A DNA stretch of 64,000 nt from Strigamia acuminata (Eukaryota), in assembly GCA_949358305.1 (NCBI GenBank), contig OX442314.1:18786001-18850000 (forward strand), read 5' to 3'. Shown one piece after another: positions 25,774 to 40,352 of the stretch (position 1 is the stretch's first letter; each line of letters begins with the position of its first letter). The translations under genes were made by a program, and so were the position numbers. The notes under the pieces are model-generated. The model saw nothing but the letters and a program-made list of their open reading frames with translations, had not been told where the DNA came from and searched no databases.

Positions 25774-26547
25774 CTTGCGTTTTTCCTGTTTAATGCAAAT
25801 TTAAAGAAAAGAAAAGAAAAAAAAAACAGAACCAAAAAAAGGATAGGAAGGAAAAAAAAAAAAAAGAAAAATGAAGCAAAATTAAAAAAAGTAAAGGCAA
25901 AGTATAAAATAAGAATAATTTCTTTCGTATTTACTGAGAAAATAATTCAAAGAACATTTTGAACCCCCAAATGCAACTAATAACCAAATGCTAAATTAAA
26001 ATGACTAAAACATTTTATTTCAGATATAAAAAAGAAAACAGTTTTTTTCACAAATATTAAATTAAAACAAATCAAGTCAACTCTCTCAACATGCCGAAAT
26101 CGGTGTAATAAAATTCTGGATAAATAAAAAATAGTATTCCATTGCCATTACAACTATTACCTTCTCTGGAATAAATGTCATGTTCACGTTTTCATAACAT
26201 AGATATATATGCACATATATCTATGATTGTAACGTGTTAAAACATCACAGAAATAATAAACAAAATTTCAGCCATTATTTCGCCGCAGACGAATGTACGA
26301 AAGCCTGGTAGTTCCATCCTATTTCGATCCAGTAAGTGTCATAATAGAAAGTGAGAAGGCACTTCGAGGCTTTCGTACATATATTGCAACAAAAGTTGTT
26401 CCGATTAGGCTACAGTAGCTATTAATTATGATACTGGTGGAAAGCTTAAAATACGGAAATAGCCGCTCAATTTCTTTACCAGACTATTACAAAAACTTAT
26501 AAATTATCGCTTTTAGTTAAAAATGAAAAAGATATGATGAATTTATG

Positions 26548-28649
26548 ATGAATTTTTCTGAACTATTCAAGGTGTCAAATAATTTGTGTGCCTTTTCCAG
26601 TAATGGAAATTATTTGGTACGTACCAGCTTATAAAACAAATTAAATTTTTGGTTGCATCTTTTAATTCTAACTCTAAACCTTTGCAGGCAAATGCAGTTC
26701 AGCACCGGCTGATTATAAGAGATGTGAAAAGTTTAGAAGTTACTCAAATATTCAATTGCATTGAAGATGTAGAATTGATTGAGGTATGAAGTAAGAATTT
26801 GGTAGAAGGTTTTGAAAAAAGAAAAAAAGAAATTAAAATTGGCAATAACGAATATTTGTTTTAGTGGTCTCCTGATTCCAATTTGGTTTGTTGCGGGATG
26901 TTTAAACATGCAACAATTCAAGTAATTGCATCAATTTCTTTTTTATTTTATTAATAATAATAATATTCACAAGGGATTTATTTATATATATTTTTTTTAG
27001 GTTTGGTCGTTGGAGGATCCCAGTTGGATTTGTAAAATAGATGAAGGTACAGCTGGATTCATTAATTTCAAATGGACTCCCGATAGTAGACACATAATGT
27101 CAACGGCTGAATTTCACGTACGGTGTATTTTAAAATTGTGAACGATAATCTCTATTAACGAATGTTATTGCATTTAGGTGCGCATTACTGTGTGGTCACT
27201 TGTCAACAAATCAGTTTCATACATCAAATATCCAAAACCCATTGAAATGAATATGAGTTTCTGCAAAAGTGGAAAATACTTGGCGTTATTAGAAAGACGG
27301 AACTGCAAAGATTACGTCTCGATTTTTTCCTGCGCTTCGTGGCAACTCCTTAAGGTGCCAAATATTAATTTGCTAATTTTTAGACATCTTTCAGACCGTT
27401 ATAAACTATGTATTTCAGCATTTCGAACCAGAGACGAATGACGCAGCGGGGATATCGTTTGCACCTGATGGCAATTGCATGTGCATCTGGGAATCATTAT
27501 TTGATGTAAGCTTAAATTGAATTTTGACTTATTTCCTATTTCCAATTTTTTTGGTTTTACAGTATAAAATTGCATTGTACTCGCTTAGTGGTCATTGCAT
27601 TGCAACATACGTAGCTGATGATTGGACATTAGGAGTCAAAACAGTATCATGGAGTTTATCGAGTCAGTTTTTAGCTGTTGGAAATTACGACAATAAAGTA
27701 TTATTAAGTATTATCGTACCTCGTTCGACTTGTCTACAATATAGATTTTTAATTTGATAGATACATGTGTTAAATCACGTCATTTGGAAACCCATCGTTG
27801 AATTTGAACCATTGGAGAATGTTGATAACACATCAGTTGTAAGTTAACGACTGAAATTGGTGATTTAGTTTGACTAGTTTTGGTATTTTTCAGATTATTT
27901 ACAAAGAAGTTGAAAAATATTTGGGGCAGGAACACGCCGCTCGCTCGGTGTCACGCGTTTCATCCAAATGTAGGTATAACATTTATTTATTTTTATTTTA
28001 TATGGAGTATATAATTTATTCGTTTTAGATGATATTGTACTCGATCGTCCTTTTCCAATCCCAGTCATAAAAGCAGAAGGCAGTAAAACGAATTTACGGT
28101 TTGGTGTTAGTCATGCGGCATTCAGTGCTGACAATCAATATCTCATGACTCGTATGGGTGAATACCTTTAAATTTAAATTACCATCTAGTAAAAAAGTAA
28201 TATACATTCGTTAATTTAGATAATATGCCTACGTCGGTATGGATTTGGTCAATCAAAGAGATGGAATTGGTAACAATACTCGTTCAAATTCGACCGATTA
28301 AGTGTAAAAATTTGCAATCAAATTAAAGAATTTCAATTTACTAACGAATTATTTTTTTTTGTTTTAAAATGTAGATGTACATTGGGATCCTGCGAAACCA
28401 CGTTTAGCACTGTGCACAGGGTCTAATAAACTATACATGTGGAGTCCAGAAGGTAGTACAGCAGTTGAAGTGCCAAATCAGGGTAAAAAGAGCTGATGTG
28501 TGTAAGTTTTTTTACGATTTAGTTTAAAGCAAATGTTATGTTACTTTGCAGTGAGTTTTGAAATTTGCTGTTTGAGTTGGCATCCTGCCGGAGATTGCGT
28601 GTTACTTAAGGGAAAGGATCAAATGTGCCTTTGTTTCATTCAAAGTTAG
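26548..28649 (+). CDS. WRAP73: WD-repeat protein WRAP73 (WDR8)
   Basis: [95 protein letters not shown]. Stop TAG at 28647-28649. Confidence 0.93.
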
Positions 28650-29398
28650 CCTGAGAAAATGGAATATATAAATACAACGTTGTTTAAACTTTATTTTAGT
28701 GACAATTTTCATGTAAAGCATAAGAAAATATATATAAGAAAAATAAGTTTATATATTAGTTCCAAAATGGTTACTGGCCATAGATTTTAAACGTTTTAAG
28801 TCTTCACTTGTAAATTTTTTAGCAATAAAATAATGTTATAATTTTTTCCTTCAAACCACATTGGCCTAATTAAGTTACACAAACCAAAATAATTCCACTT
28901 TTTTCAAATCAATCGTAAACTCAATATCTTTCATCAAATATTAAATTTTAGTGAAAAGAAAAAAATAATTAATAAACTGCTGTAACACTTATATATAAAA
29001 ACAATTTACAACATGGAGAATTGAAGTTGCACAAACTTTTGATCAGAACCAAATAAATACTGACGAAAATAGTAATCACACATTTAAAAATATTTATCAG
29101 AACTTTTATGACACCATAAATTTCATATTTTATATTTACAAAACGCAAAAATGCACACAAGTGTCACACCAATCAAACATTTAAAGTAGTAATATTATAT
29201 CATATAGCAACAGAATTTGAAAATATTGAATTATACTAATGAAAATTGAAACGTAATTCGGGTGTATATAATATCAGAATTTGGATTTCCAACTCTTAAC
29301 ATAACCGCACCGTAAAACATAGTGCTCCTTCACCACTGCATACTTGCCACGTCTTAAAGTGTGACAAATCTAACTCGTATCCGTAACATTCTAAATGA

Positions 29399-31222
29399 TT
29401 AGAAACTCACTCTTCCCCGTGCTTTGAAAAAGCCCAAATCGGTGAAATTATGCACTGCAGAAACCAACCCTAAATAATTCTCAATTACAATCGCTTCTTC
29501 TTTTATCACGCAATGTTGCGCTTCGGTTAGCGACTGAATACATTCCAAAAAACTTCTTTTGAAATCTTCAATATCATAAACTTTGACACCTGCGTCAGCA
29601 CCTTTAAAAAAAATAATGACATTTTTTTCACCAAAAAAAAAAAAAATAAATAATAGCAAAAAAATAAGAACCTTCATTGTAGTGAAGCCGATGTGCAGAA
29701 AACGTAATGAAGGGAATTTGTCGACTCCATGGATTCCAGCTCTTGCTCAACTCGATCGGTTGACCTTTATTCCACATTGCTCGCACGCCCATCGCATTTT
29801 TAGGCCTGCAATAAAGTAGCAACATTACAATTTCATCATATTTCATTCCCCATATACGTGCAATCATGTTGTCATGGCAAGAAAATGAATTTTACAGATC
29901 AATGAATTAAATTATCTACGAAAGCGAAGTTAGAGATGTTAGACACTTACACACAGTCTACACACCTGCTTTCTAAACCATTAGTTTGCGAAGCAGATTG
30001 CGAAGTAGTTTGCGTGGAACTATGACGGAAGCGTGTTGAAACAAAGTCTTTAATTTGCCCGACTGCCCCATTGAATTTCCTGAGTCGCAGTGACATAAAC
30101 AAATTGTCTTAGTGTGAAGTGCACAAAGAAAAAAAAGGTCGAAATAAGCGGAATCTTACGGCATTAACGATTTTTCAGGATAAATAATTTGTCCGTAGTT
30201 GACTTGGTCCAGTTCTTGCAAATGGATTCGACGATAATCCAGAAGTTTTAGAGTAATAAAATCATATTTGATGATGATTATGCTTTTATCCAGAAGAAAA
30301 ATTAGCCTCTCTTTTTCGTTGTCCCAGTGGTCAATTCTGAAATAAAAAAATTAATTTTTTTATTTCTCTTAAATTAAAAATTGCAATCCATCAACTTACT
30401 CAGTTAATAACCACGCATCTCGAAAATGTCCATCAATATTTTCTAATACAATTGGTTGACAATTTTTAACTGCATTATCAAATGCCCCCGACTGTAAAAA
30501 AATTTAATAAAAACAAAAATAAAAACTAATTAATTTATTCATTCATATTTTCTTTATGATTATTCGACATTTACTCTAACCGCAAAATAATTTTTAGCCG
30601 TTTCCTCGTTGTCGATAGTTTGAGAATAGGATCTTTGATATTTGGTCGAAGCCATTTGGTTATCGTTTCTTAAATTGGCGTTGGTATCCGCCTCTGTAAA
30701 ATAAAGAATACACAAGATAAGTACAGTACACAGCGACAGATATTAATTTACTTATAGATACAAAAGTAAAATACCCTCACACCGCACTATTTCTAATAAC
30801 ACTACAGTTACTATAAATATCGCAAATTAATTTGGAAAGGTTACCGTGAAACACTCGTACAAAATTGGAAAAGTAACTAACAGATCTGTGATGCGTAACA
30901 TCTATTAATAGGAGAATCCTCCACAACGTCATTCATTATCAACAAGCATACACTCACGAAATGCAAGTGATAGATCACAGCGGTCGTACTCGGAGTATAT
31001 AGATACAGTAAATTAATATTTATTTTTAGGTCACCAACCAGGTGTTGAGGCAATAAGGCCAGTTGCAGTTGTTGACACTTGGTTTTGATCGTACTCTGAG
31101 GTAATACTCAATGTTGCTCCATTGAATTCGCTTTCGGTATGGTCTTCTAATGAATCGTCGGTCGCAACCAAGGGCGAATTCGAAAGGCCTGCAGAGCCAC
31201 TCCCTCGTGCTGAGTTCGCCAT
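29399..31222 (-). CDS. TPRG1L: TPRG1/TPRG1L-like protein (hSac2 domain)
   Basis: YFAVR, AWLLTEIDHWDNEKERLIFL, KYDFI, WNPWSRQIPFITF..H, YLGLVSAVHN and C-terminal GFFKARGRVSF*. The start codon is inferred. Confidence 0.85.
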
Positions 31223-31708
31223 TTTAATCTTTGCAATTGATTGACATATGCGCAGGTTAACTCCAAGCGGTGAATTTGGCATATAAAATGGAGATTATTA
31301 TTTTTTTTTTAGAATTAATCTCGGAATTAACCTTTAGCCGTCCAATGATTTCGAGGTGGGAAAAACAATTTGCATATTTGAAACAAAAGTTTCGTTTAAA
31401 AGATTTTCCATTGACCATATCTGAATAATTTTATGTTTTTTATTTTTTTTAATTTTTTTTAACAGAAAGCAGACCACCAATTTAATTTTCAATCAATTAT
31501 CCACCACTTTGGTAAGTACATTTTTCAAATTTAATAATATTTTAGGGAATGATTTTATGAATCAGCAATATACGATCATTTTTTTTAATGAATGAATAAA
31601 AAAGTAAATAAAACCCAATCCAATAACGGCATTATTTTAATAAAATATTTCGATTTATTTCCAAAATGACTAGTCTTTATTTTGTTGACAAAATAAAAAA
31701 AAAAAAAC

Positions 31709-32957
31709 TTAAATATAATTTTGAAGACACACTAATCTGGACGGTGTGAGTGATTCCCGACAAAGTGGACATTCAGGCTGGAAGAAAAATTACATTTAAT
31801 ATAAACATTACCAAAAATCTTAAAAGTTTTTTTTTTACTTTATTCAAAACCCATTCCACTATACAATGCCAGCAAAACAAATGGCCACACGGTGTCGCTG
31901 TTGAATTAATTCTTTTTTCTAAACACAGAGAACATCGCTGACTGGGATCCGTATAATCATTAGATTCACTACTGAAAAAAGAAACAAAATCAAAAATTAA
32001 AAAATAGCGCAAATTTTGAATTTTAAATTTTACATTTCATTTTCCACTTGAAAAGTCTTAGACGGTTTCCGTTGCGTTTTATAAGCAAAAATAATCCATA
32101 ATATCAATTCAGTAATGGATAAAATCCCTAATACATAAAAATATGGCCGACTTAAAGTATCTTTTAACCAACTTCTTAATAAAACCTATTCGGATGGATG
32201 AATTAAATTCAATATTAAGAAAAATAAAAACAGAATAATAAAAACTATTACGTAATGTATCCCTGTGAGACGTTTCGCTAAGTGATAGAAAACACCGCTT
32301 AAATAAAACAGAGTTAGATGACAGCGATGAATGAATGACACCAAATGTCTTAATTTTGGCAACAAATCGTGCAACCGATTTTTTACTTCGGGTTTCAAAG
32401 AATTATAAGCTGGGGTGGTGTACAAATTAATTTCTATCCATTTAATAAATTTATTTAAAATCCACGGCGTACACATTTGAAGAACTATCATTGATAGACG
32501 TCTCTAATAAATGCAAAACAGTATTAAAAATTGCAAAATTATACAAAACTATAACCGATGTACCAATTTAGCCGGTAATTGTCTTCCAGTTTGATCGACT
32601 TGAATTATATTCACATATTCTTCACCTAACGTCTGATAATCTTAAAGAAATAATTAATTGAGGATTAAATAGCAAAATAACCCTCTGAATTGTACCTAAC
32701 AGTGTTGTAGCACTCAAATAAAACACATCTGCTAATAATTCTATTTCTTGTTTCCATTTTAGCCAAATTCGAGCACCTACAGTAAATAAATAAGTAAATA
32801 AACAAATAAATAAATGAAAAACAACAATTTCTTTATATTGCATACCTAATACCGATTGCGCAATACCAGATATATCCAAGCGTAATTTCCCTAGAACGTA
32901 ATCATCCTTCTGCGACGATCGTAAAAGCTCTGCTTTTCCAGCCTTTTCGAAATTCAT
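31709..32957 (-). CDS. PEX10: Peroxisome biogenesis factor 10
   Basis: AELLRSSQKDD, QTLGEEYVNIIQV, FYHLAKRLTGIHYV and C3HC4 RING CSLCLE..TATPCGHLFCWHCI..W..KPECPLCR. Stop at 31709. Confidence 0.95.
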
Positions 32958-33876
32958 TTAAAACTTTGGACGAAAATATGAAGAAATAACTTCAGCATTT
33001 CCTCCTCAAAGTGGCATCAGCTTGAGCGCAACCTGGTGGTGTGTTTGATAACTGTTCAGATAGGGCGGATTGTGACCTACGGTATCTTAAAAGTGGCAGC
33101 ATTTCTTGAAGCCAGCTGTACTGCAGAGAAGTTTTGTTGTTCATGGTGTGCATTTTAAGGTTACTGCACATCTTGCATTTATATTTATCATTGTAATACC
33201 TAGATTTAACTAAACTTAATTATCACTTGTACGGCTTCTACCTTTTTTTTAAATGCACTTCCTGAAGCAAATACTACAGTCTTTATTGGGTATACAAATC
33301 ACATGGTAAGAATAAAACAAACCACGGAGTTGAACTTTGCCCGGGAAACTACACTGCAGGTTAAGGACGTGACATTCCATATCTCCATTCCACTTGCACA
33401 TCAATGTGTTGATAATTGACCACGTTAGAATGTTGTAGTTATATTTTTTAATCAGCTGCGCAAAAACCTTTAACAAAAACAGGTGATTTGATTTGATTTT
33501 GATTTTGATTTTTGATTTTTGATTTTGGTTTGCATTTTATTTTTAGGTGGCGGCTATGGGCCGCCGTATCAAGCTGGACTGGGACCATTTTTATGACCAC
33601 GACTGTACAATGCTTTTGTAGAAAGGAAATTATAAACCATTGTTAAATTTTTCATTCTGCACCCAAATGTGATTGCATCGAAGTGTATAGTCACTATCAG
33701 AATGTGAATCTGAAGTTTAAACGTCTCGTGAGACTGCCTCGATTGAAATGACATCATACCCAACCAACCTCTCATTTCAAAAAATGAAAAAATATAGAAT
33801 CAAATCAGTTTTATTGTTCTTGAAAACACACAAATTTTACTTCAAGTACAAATTCAGACATTGCCAATCGCTCAAA

Positions 33877-34192
33877 CACTATAGATGCATTCGAAAAAAC
33901 ATTTAAATGCCTCACAAAGCTTTTTAACAATATAAAAACTATTCAATTTGTTGTAGCAAGAACGATTAATCGTCCTAAGTTGTAGTGTTTCAATTTGTGC
34001 GCATAATAAGCATCGATGGGTTGGATCATTAATCCAGGTTAACGGTGTTATGTTATTCATATAATTATTCATTTACATTGGTTATTAATTGACAAAGCGT
34101 ACAACTTAAACAAAACTAAGCTAGATTGGCAATAACTAAGCAACAAAACAAGCGGTTTAGTTGTTTAAATAAATTTTCAAATGCACCTACTA
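33877..34192. mobile_element. Degenerate MITE of the CASTAGGYGCATTC family
   Basis: Left end CACTATAGATGCATTCGAAAAA and right end TTTTCAAATGCACCTACTA resemble the TIRs at 49433 and 53618. Confidence 0.55.
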
Positions 34193-34264
34193 TCAATTTA
34201 GCAAGAAACCAATAAATTTTGCCTAATTGTCGATAATCCAAATCGCCGGTTCCATCTTTTTTAT

Positions 34265-35703
<1,439 letters not shown>

Positions 35704-36840
35704 AATTTACTTCGGATGGACACAAAGCTCAAACAAGTTATACCTGCAAGAAAAATTAAGTTTTAGTCTGAATGTCAAAAAGTCGGTTTGAAGGTGACCC
35801 AGGAGTTAACTCTCGAGTCTACTTTTATCATTTTTGTCAACTTTTTTCAGTCTAAAATCCGATTTCTGATTATTTTTGACAACTTTTCTAAATATTGGGG
35901 CGTAAATGAGAGTTAATTTAATTTAATTTAACTTAATTTAAAAATATTAATTTCAATTAACCATTAACGGTGATTAGTAGGAGGCCTTGAAAACCTGTAT
36001 AGAAGGTCTACGAGCTTCTTCTGAATAAATTTTCCTACTTTTAATCACAAAACTCGGTCATCCAGTAAGATGTTATCAAATTCATAGTCGGGAAACGAAA
36101 ATTATAAAAATGTTATAAAATAATTTCTAAAAATGTCAAAAAAACTTCAGTTTAAATATTTCAGGAACCAGCTTCATGGAATTTTTTTTCTTTTCATATA
36201 CTTAACCGAGCGAAAACTATTTTATCTAAAATATAAATTATATTGACTCATGATTGAGCCTCGATTTTCACTCGACCTTCTATCGTCCTTGAAAACGATG
36301 AAAAAGTGAATTTGTCCGTGTTTTTTACCGGCTTACCACCGGAACGGATATAATTACGATGGTAAAACGAACAATCCAAAATATAAACGCCAAATTAAAT
36401 ATTGCAAACTAAATATTTGCTAATTATGATTGATTGAAAGTGAGGAACGCTGAATTCTTACCTAGAAGGTCAGACGGGACACCAGCGAAAGCAAAGCTGC
36501 GCAGACGGTGAAGTTTTTATTCTAGTTTCTTGTTCCTGGAAGAGAGAAGTAATAAACAGTTGACGTGGAAGTTTCAATCAGCTGATGCCTGGTGAAACCT
36601 CCCGCTAAATTCAAAATTCAATAAAAATAGTTAACTAATTTAAAAAAAAATAAACATTTTAATCATCTTTTCATGTTCTCCACTTAAAAACGAGCTATTA
36701 TCGACGTGATAGTCGATAAATGATATGCAAACATACTTAGCAAATAATAATAATAATACTGGTTACTTAGTCTCACGCAAGAGTGCGCTAGAAAAACTTG
36801 ATTGCTCCAGCCAGTACAGTGCTCGCCGCTACACATCGCA

Positions 36841-38851
36841 ATGTCTACCGATCGCGTTTCGATCCCAAATTGGGTTAAATTTCTGTTTGGAGGAACAGCT
36901 GGGTAAGTTTTCTACAATGCGGGAACTTCCAACAATGAGTATATAATTTTTTTTGGCTTTAAAACTTTAAAATTCCTTGTTTTTTGGATAAAAGGGTGCA
37001 CAAGTTCATTCAAAATCTAAGGGTAAAGTTCAAACTTTTAATTTTCAAAGTTAAATAAAGATAAAATTTCATGAAATATGGATTTAAAAAAATCTGAAAT
37101 TTCCTATTTCCAAAAGCATTATGTAATTTGCAAGCCTTGCCAAACTTGTTATATTAAAAGCTACAACTCGATGTAAAATATTTACACTTGAAAAATATAA
37201 AATTTTACAACTCTCCTATTTGTTAATTATGTGATTTATTGTGTGATTTCAGAATGTCAGCAACATTATTCGTGCAACCACTGGACCTAATTAAAAATCG
37301 GATGCAATTGAGTGGTACAATTTGATCTCTTGGTAATTTTCTTACGGGTTTAATAGTCATTCATACTTTACAGGTGTTGGAGGAGCTGTAAAAGAACACA
37401 AGACCAGTTTCCATCTAATTGCATCAGTTATAAAAAACGAGGGCATCACCGGCATCTATGCAGGGTATATAATTACATTACTAAATAATCCCTAAATCTA
37501 CAAATTATGCTTATTTAATTTCACCAACAGTCATATTTTTTCTGCAGTTTATCTGCTGGTCTTCTTCGTCAAGCGAGTTACACGACAACACGACTTGGCA
37601 TTTACACATGGTTGTTTGAATTAAGTTCAAGGTAAACATGAAATTTATAATAATAGAATTTGGTAGCAGCTTAAAACCCCATTTGACAGGCTATCGGGGG
37701 ATGCGTGGTTCAGATGTTGTTTTCGGGGTTTATTTTATTATTTGTGGTTTAATTATTAATTTAGTGCCGATGGAAAACCACCCGGATTTTTTGCGAAAGC
37801 TGGATTGGGTATGGTAGCTGGAGCAGTAGGAGCTTTCGTAGGAACTCCAGCTGAAGTTGCTTTAATTAGAATGACAGCTGACGGCCGGTAATAAATCCAG
37901 TTAAAATGTATTCTGACATGCTCTTTATTATATTTAAACTTATTTCAGCCTTCCCATAGCTGAACGACGAAGTTATACAAACGTTTTCAATGCCTTATTT
38001 AGAATAACCAGAGAAGAAGGAGTATTAACGTTGTGGAGAGTATGTTTATCCTTATTTGGTGATTGACAATTTGCTTCACAAATATAAAAAATTGGTTTAT
38101 TTATTTATTTTCTAAGAGTATTTTAAATGTTGAAAAGTTCATGTAAAGATTAACAAAAAATATAGACAAAGCATTCTGTCCCAAACGAATTCTATAAGTG
38201 AGTTGCCGATGGAATACAGAATACAAGACATTATTATTTTGGTTTTTAGGGTACAATTCCTACAATGGGAAGAGCTATGGTTGTCAATGCTGCCCAACTG
38301 GCTTCCTATTCTCAAGCGAAACAATTTTTGTTGTCAACTCGTAAGTTTTGAGTCTTTATTTTCCAAATTGAAATTTTATTTTATTTTTTTTTATTTTTTC
38401 AGCGTACTTTAATGACAATATTTGGTGTCATTTTTGGGCCAGCATGATCAGTGGATTGGTGACAACTGCCGCTTCTATGCCAGTTGATATTGCAAAAACT
38501 CGGTATTCAAATTTCGTTATATTCGGTTAAGTGCATTTTCTTCATTTTCTTCATTTTAATTTTAGAATCCAAAACATGAAGATTGTGAATGGAGTTCCCG
38601 AGTACACTGGTGCAATAGTAAGTGATTTTGATCACCAAGAATTTGAAAAAAGGATTAATATTATATTTTAATAGGATGTTCTGACCAAAGTAGTTAAAAA
38701 CGAAGGCGTTTTTGCTCTCTGGAAGGGTTTCACACCATATTATGCGAGATTAGGACCGCATACAGTCTTAACGTTTGTATTTTTGGAACGTCTGAATTCA
38801 TTTTATATCAAGAAAGTCTATGGTGACAAAGCAATCGGTGCTGGATTATGA
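36841..38851 (+). CDS. SLC25A11: Mitochondrial 2-oxoglutarate/malate carrier
   Basis: VKFLFGGTAGMSATLFVQPLDLIKNRMQLSG, GLSAGLLRQASYTTTRLG, GTPAEVALIRMTADGRLP, VVNAAQLASYSQAKQ, MPVDIAKTRIQNM, YARLGPHTVLTFVFLE. Confidence 0.95.
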
Positions 38852-39131
38852 AAGATCGAATCAAAGTTACTTAAAAGTGCGTGATGTAGGTCCACTAGTG
38901 TTCACAATTGTGGAATTAGAATGAGTTGTAAAGAAAAGACAATCAAATTTGATTTCATGGGTGCTAAACTTGGGATAAATATCATAGAACAGTATTAAGA
39001 GTGATGTGATTTTATATTTAAAACGTTTAGATTTTGATTTTGGTGTGTAGCTTATTGTTGAAAAAAATCAAGTAAATTGTTAATTGCAAACGAGTTTATT
39101 TAATATCTTGCATCATTCATTTTTTTTACAC

Positions 39132-40027
39132 TTAACACTTACACAACATAGGAGCCACAAGAGAATCAGCTTTCTCTTTACCTTCCAACTTTGCAACGAT
39201 AGCTAAACCAAATTCAAAACAAGTTCCAGGCCCACGACTCGTAATCAACTGGTCATCTTCGACTACACGATCTTCACTGTATTTATATACGGCTAAAATT
39301 ATGATAGTCATTAATAAAAAATTAAATTCTCGAAAAACTTTTCTTACCTCCCTCTTCCATCACAATTTTTGTACTCGGATGTGACGTAACAGTCTTCCCA
39401 TGTGCAATTCCATGCGCTTTAAGGGCCGTTGGAGCTACAGGTCAAAGACAAAATGGCTTTAGTTAGCGGTGATATTCTGGAATTACTTTTTACCGGCGCA
39501 AACAGCTGCAATTAATCGCCCAGCTTTTTCTTGTTCTTTTAGTATCTCGCCAACTTTTGTATTCTAAATGTTGAAATATAAACATCAATGCAATTAGTGG
39601 TTTTTTTAAATTTTTTTTATGTATTTTAAATTTACAGCTGCTAATGTTTGAGCCCCTTTGAGTCCGCCAGGTAGAATAACTACATCGTACGTTGCCGCAT
39701 TACTAATTGCATCGGTTAAACTTTTGTCCGGTAAAATCACAATATTCCGGCTGCATTTTACTGCTTCTGGTCCCGCTACTCCGGCTATTGTCACATCGAT
39801 CTAATCAGGAAAGATTTGTGTTATATTAATTATGTAATTAATTCTTTTAATCTGCATCTTACGCCGCCTCGACGAAGGACATCAGCGGTTATAACCGTTT
39901 CCATTTCTTCGGCACCTTCCGCTAGTAAAAGAAGCGCTTGTTTTGGCATTCCGCTACTAAATCGAAGAAAAAATAATGGAAATGAAGATTGGAAACTTTT
40001 TAAGAGTCGCAATGTCAAAAAAGTCAT
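39132..40027 (-). CDS. PARK7: DJ-1/PARK7
   Basis: [40 protein letters not shown] (nucleophile Cys), [19 protein letters not shown]. Two in-frame ATGs at 40027 and 39949. Confidence 0.95.
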
Positions 40028-40352
40028 ACAGAATCAGGGTTACAACTTACAAGTTAGAAATATTACAAATCACCGATAGGGTACGCTGGAGTAACAAAAC
40101 GCAAATTTCAATGCTGTTTCCGGTTGTCTAAATTTTGACATTTGGTTTCGGCTTGTCTGTCTGCTTAAAATTATGCAAGAATGTAAGTTATCTCACAAAG
40201 TTAAAGAAAAGAAATGACCACTATATTTGTGTAATTAGAAACAATCTGATAGATAATTTTTTAAAGCGATTGTATTAATTTTTTTAAATTTTTAAAATGA
40301 AAATTTCAGAATTTAAAAAAAAAATATTCATAGGTTGAGATTCATTGCAAAA

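Noticed and set aside
26198..26225. Palindrome CATAGATATAT...ATATATCTATG between HPS3 and WRAP73
   Set aside because: Short and TA-rich, with no TSD or second copy in the window.
33250..33300. C-T-S-TGA (CxxU) selenoprotein-like reading
   Set aside because: No start codon context, no thioredoxin-like sequence and no convincing SECIS downstream.
37632..37764. Hairpin AAACCCC...GGGGTTT in an SLC25A11 intron
   Set aside because: No canonical C/D or H/ACA boxes; a single stem is not sufficient evidence.
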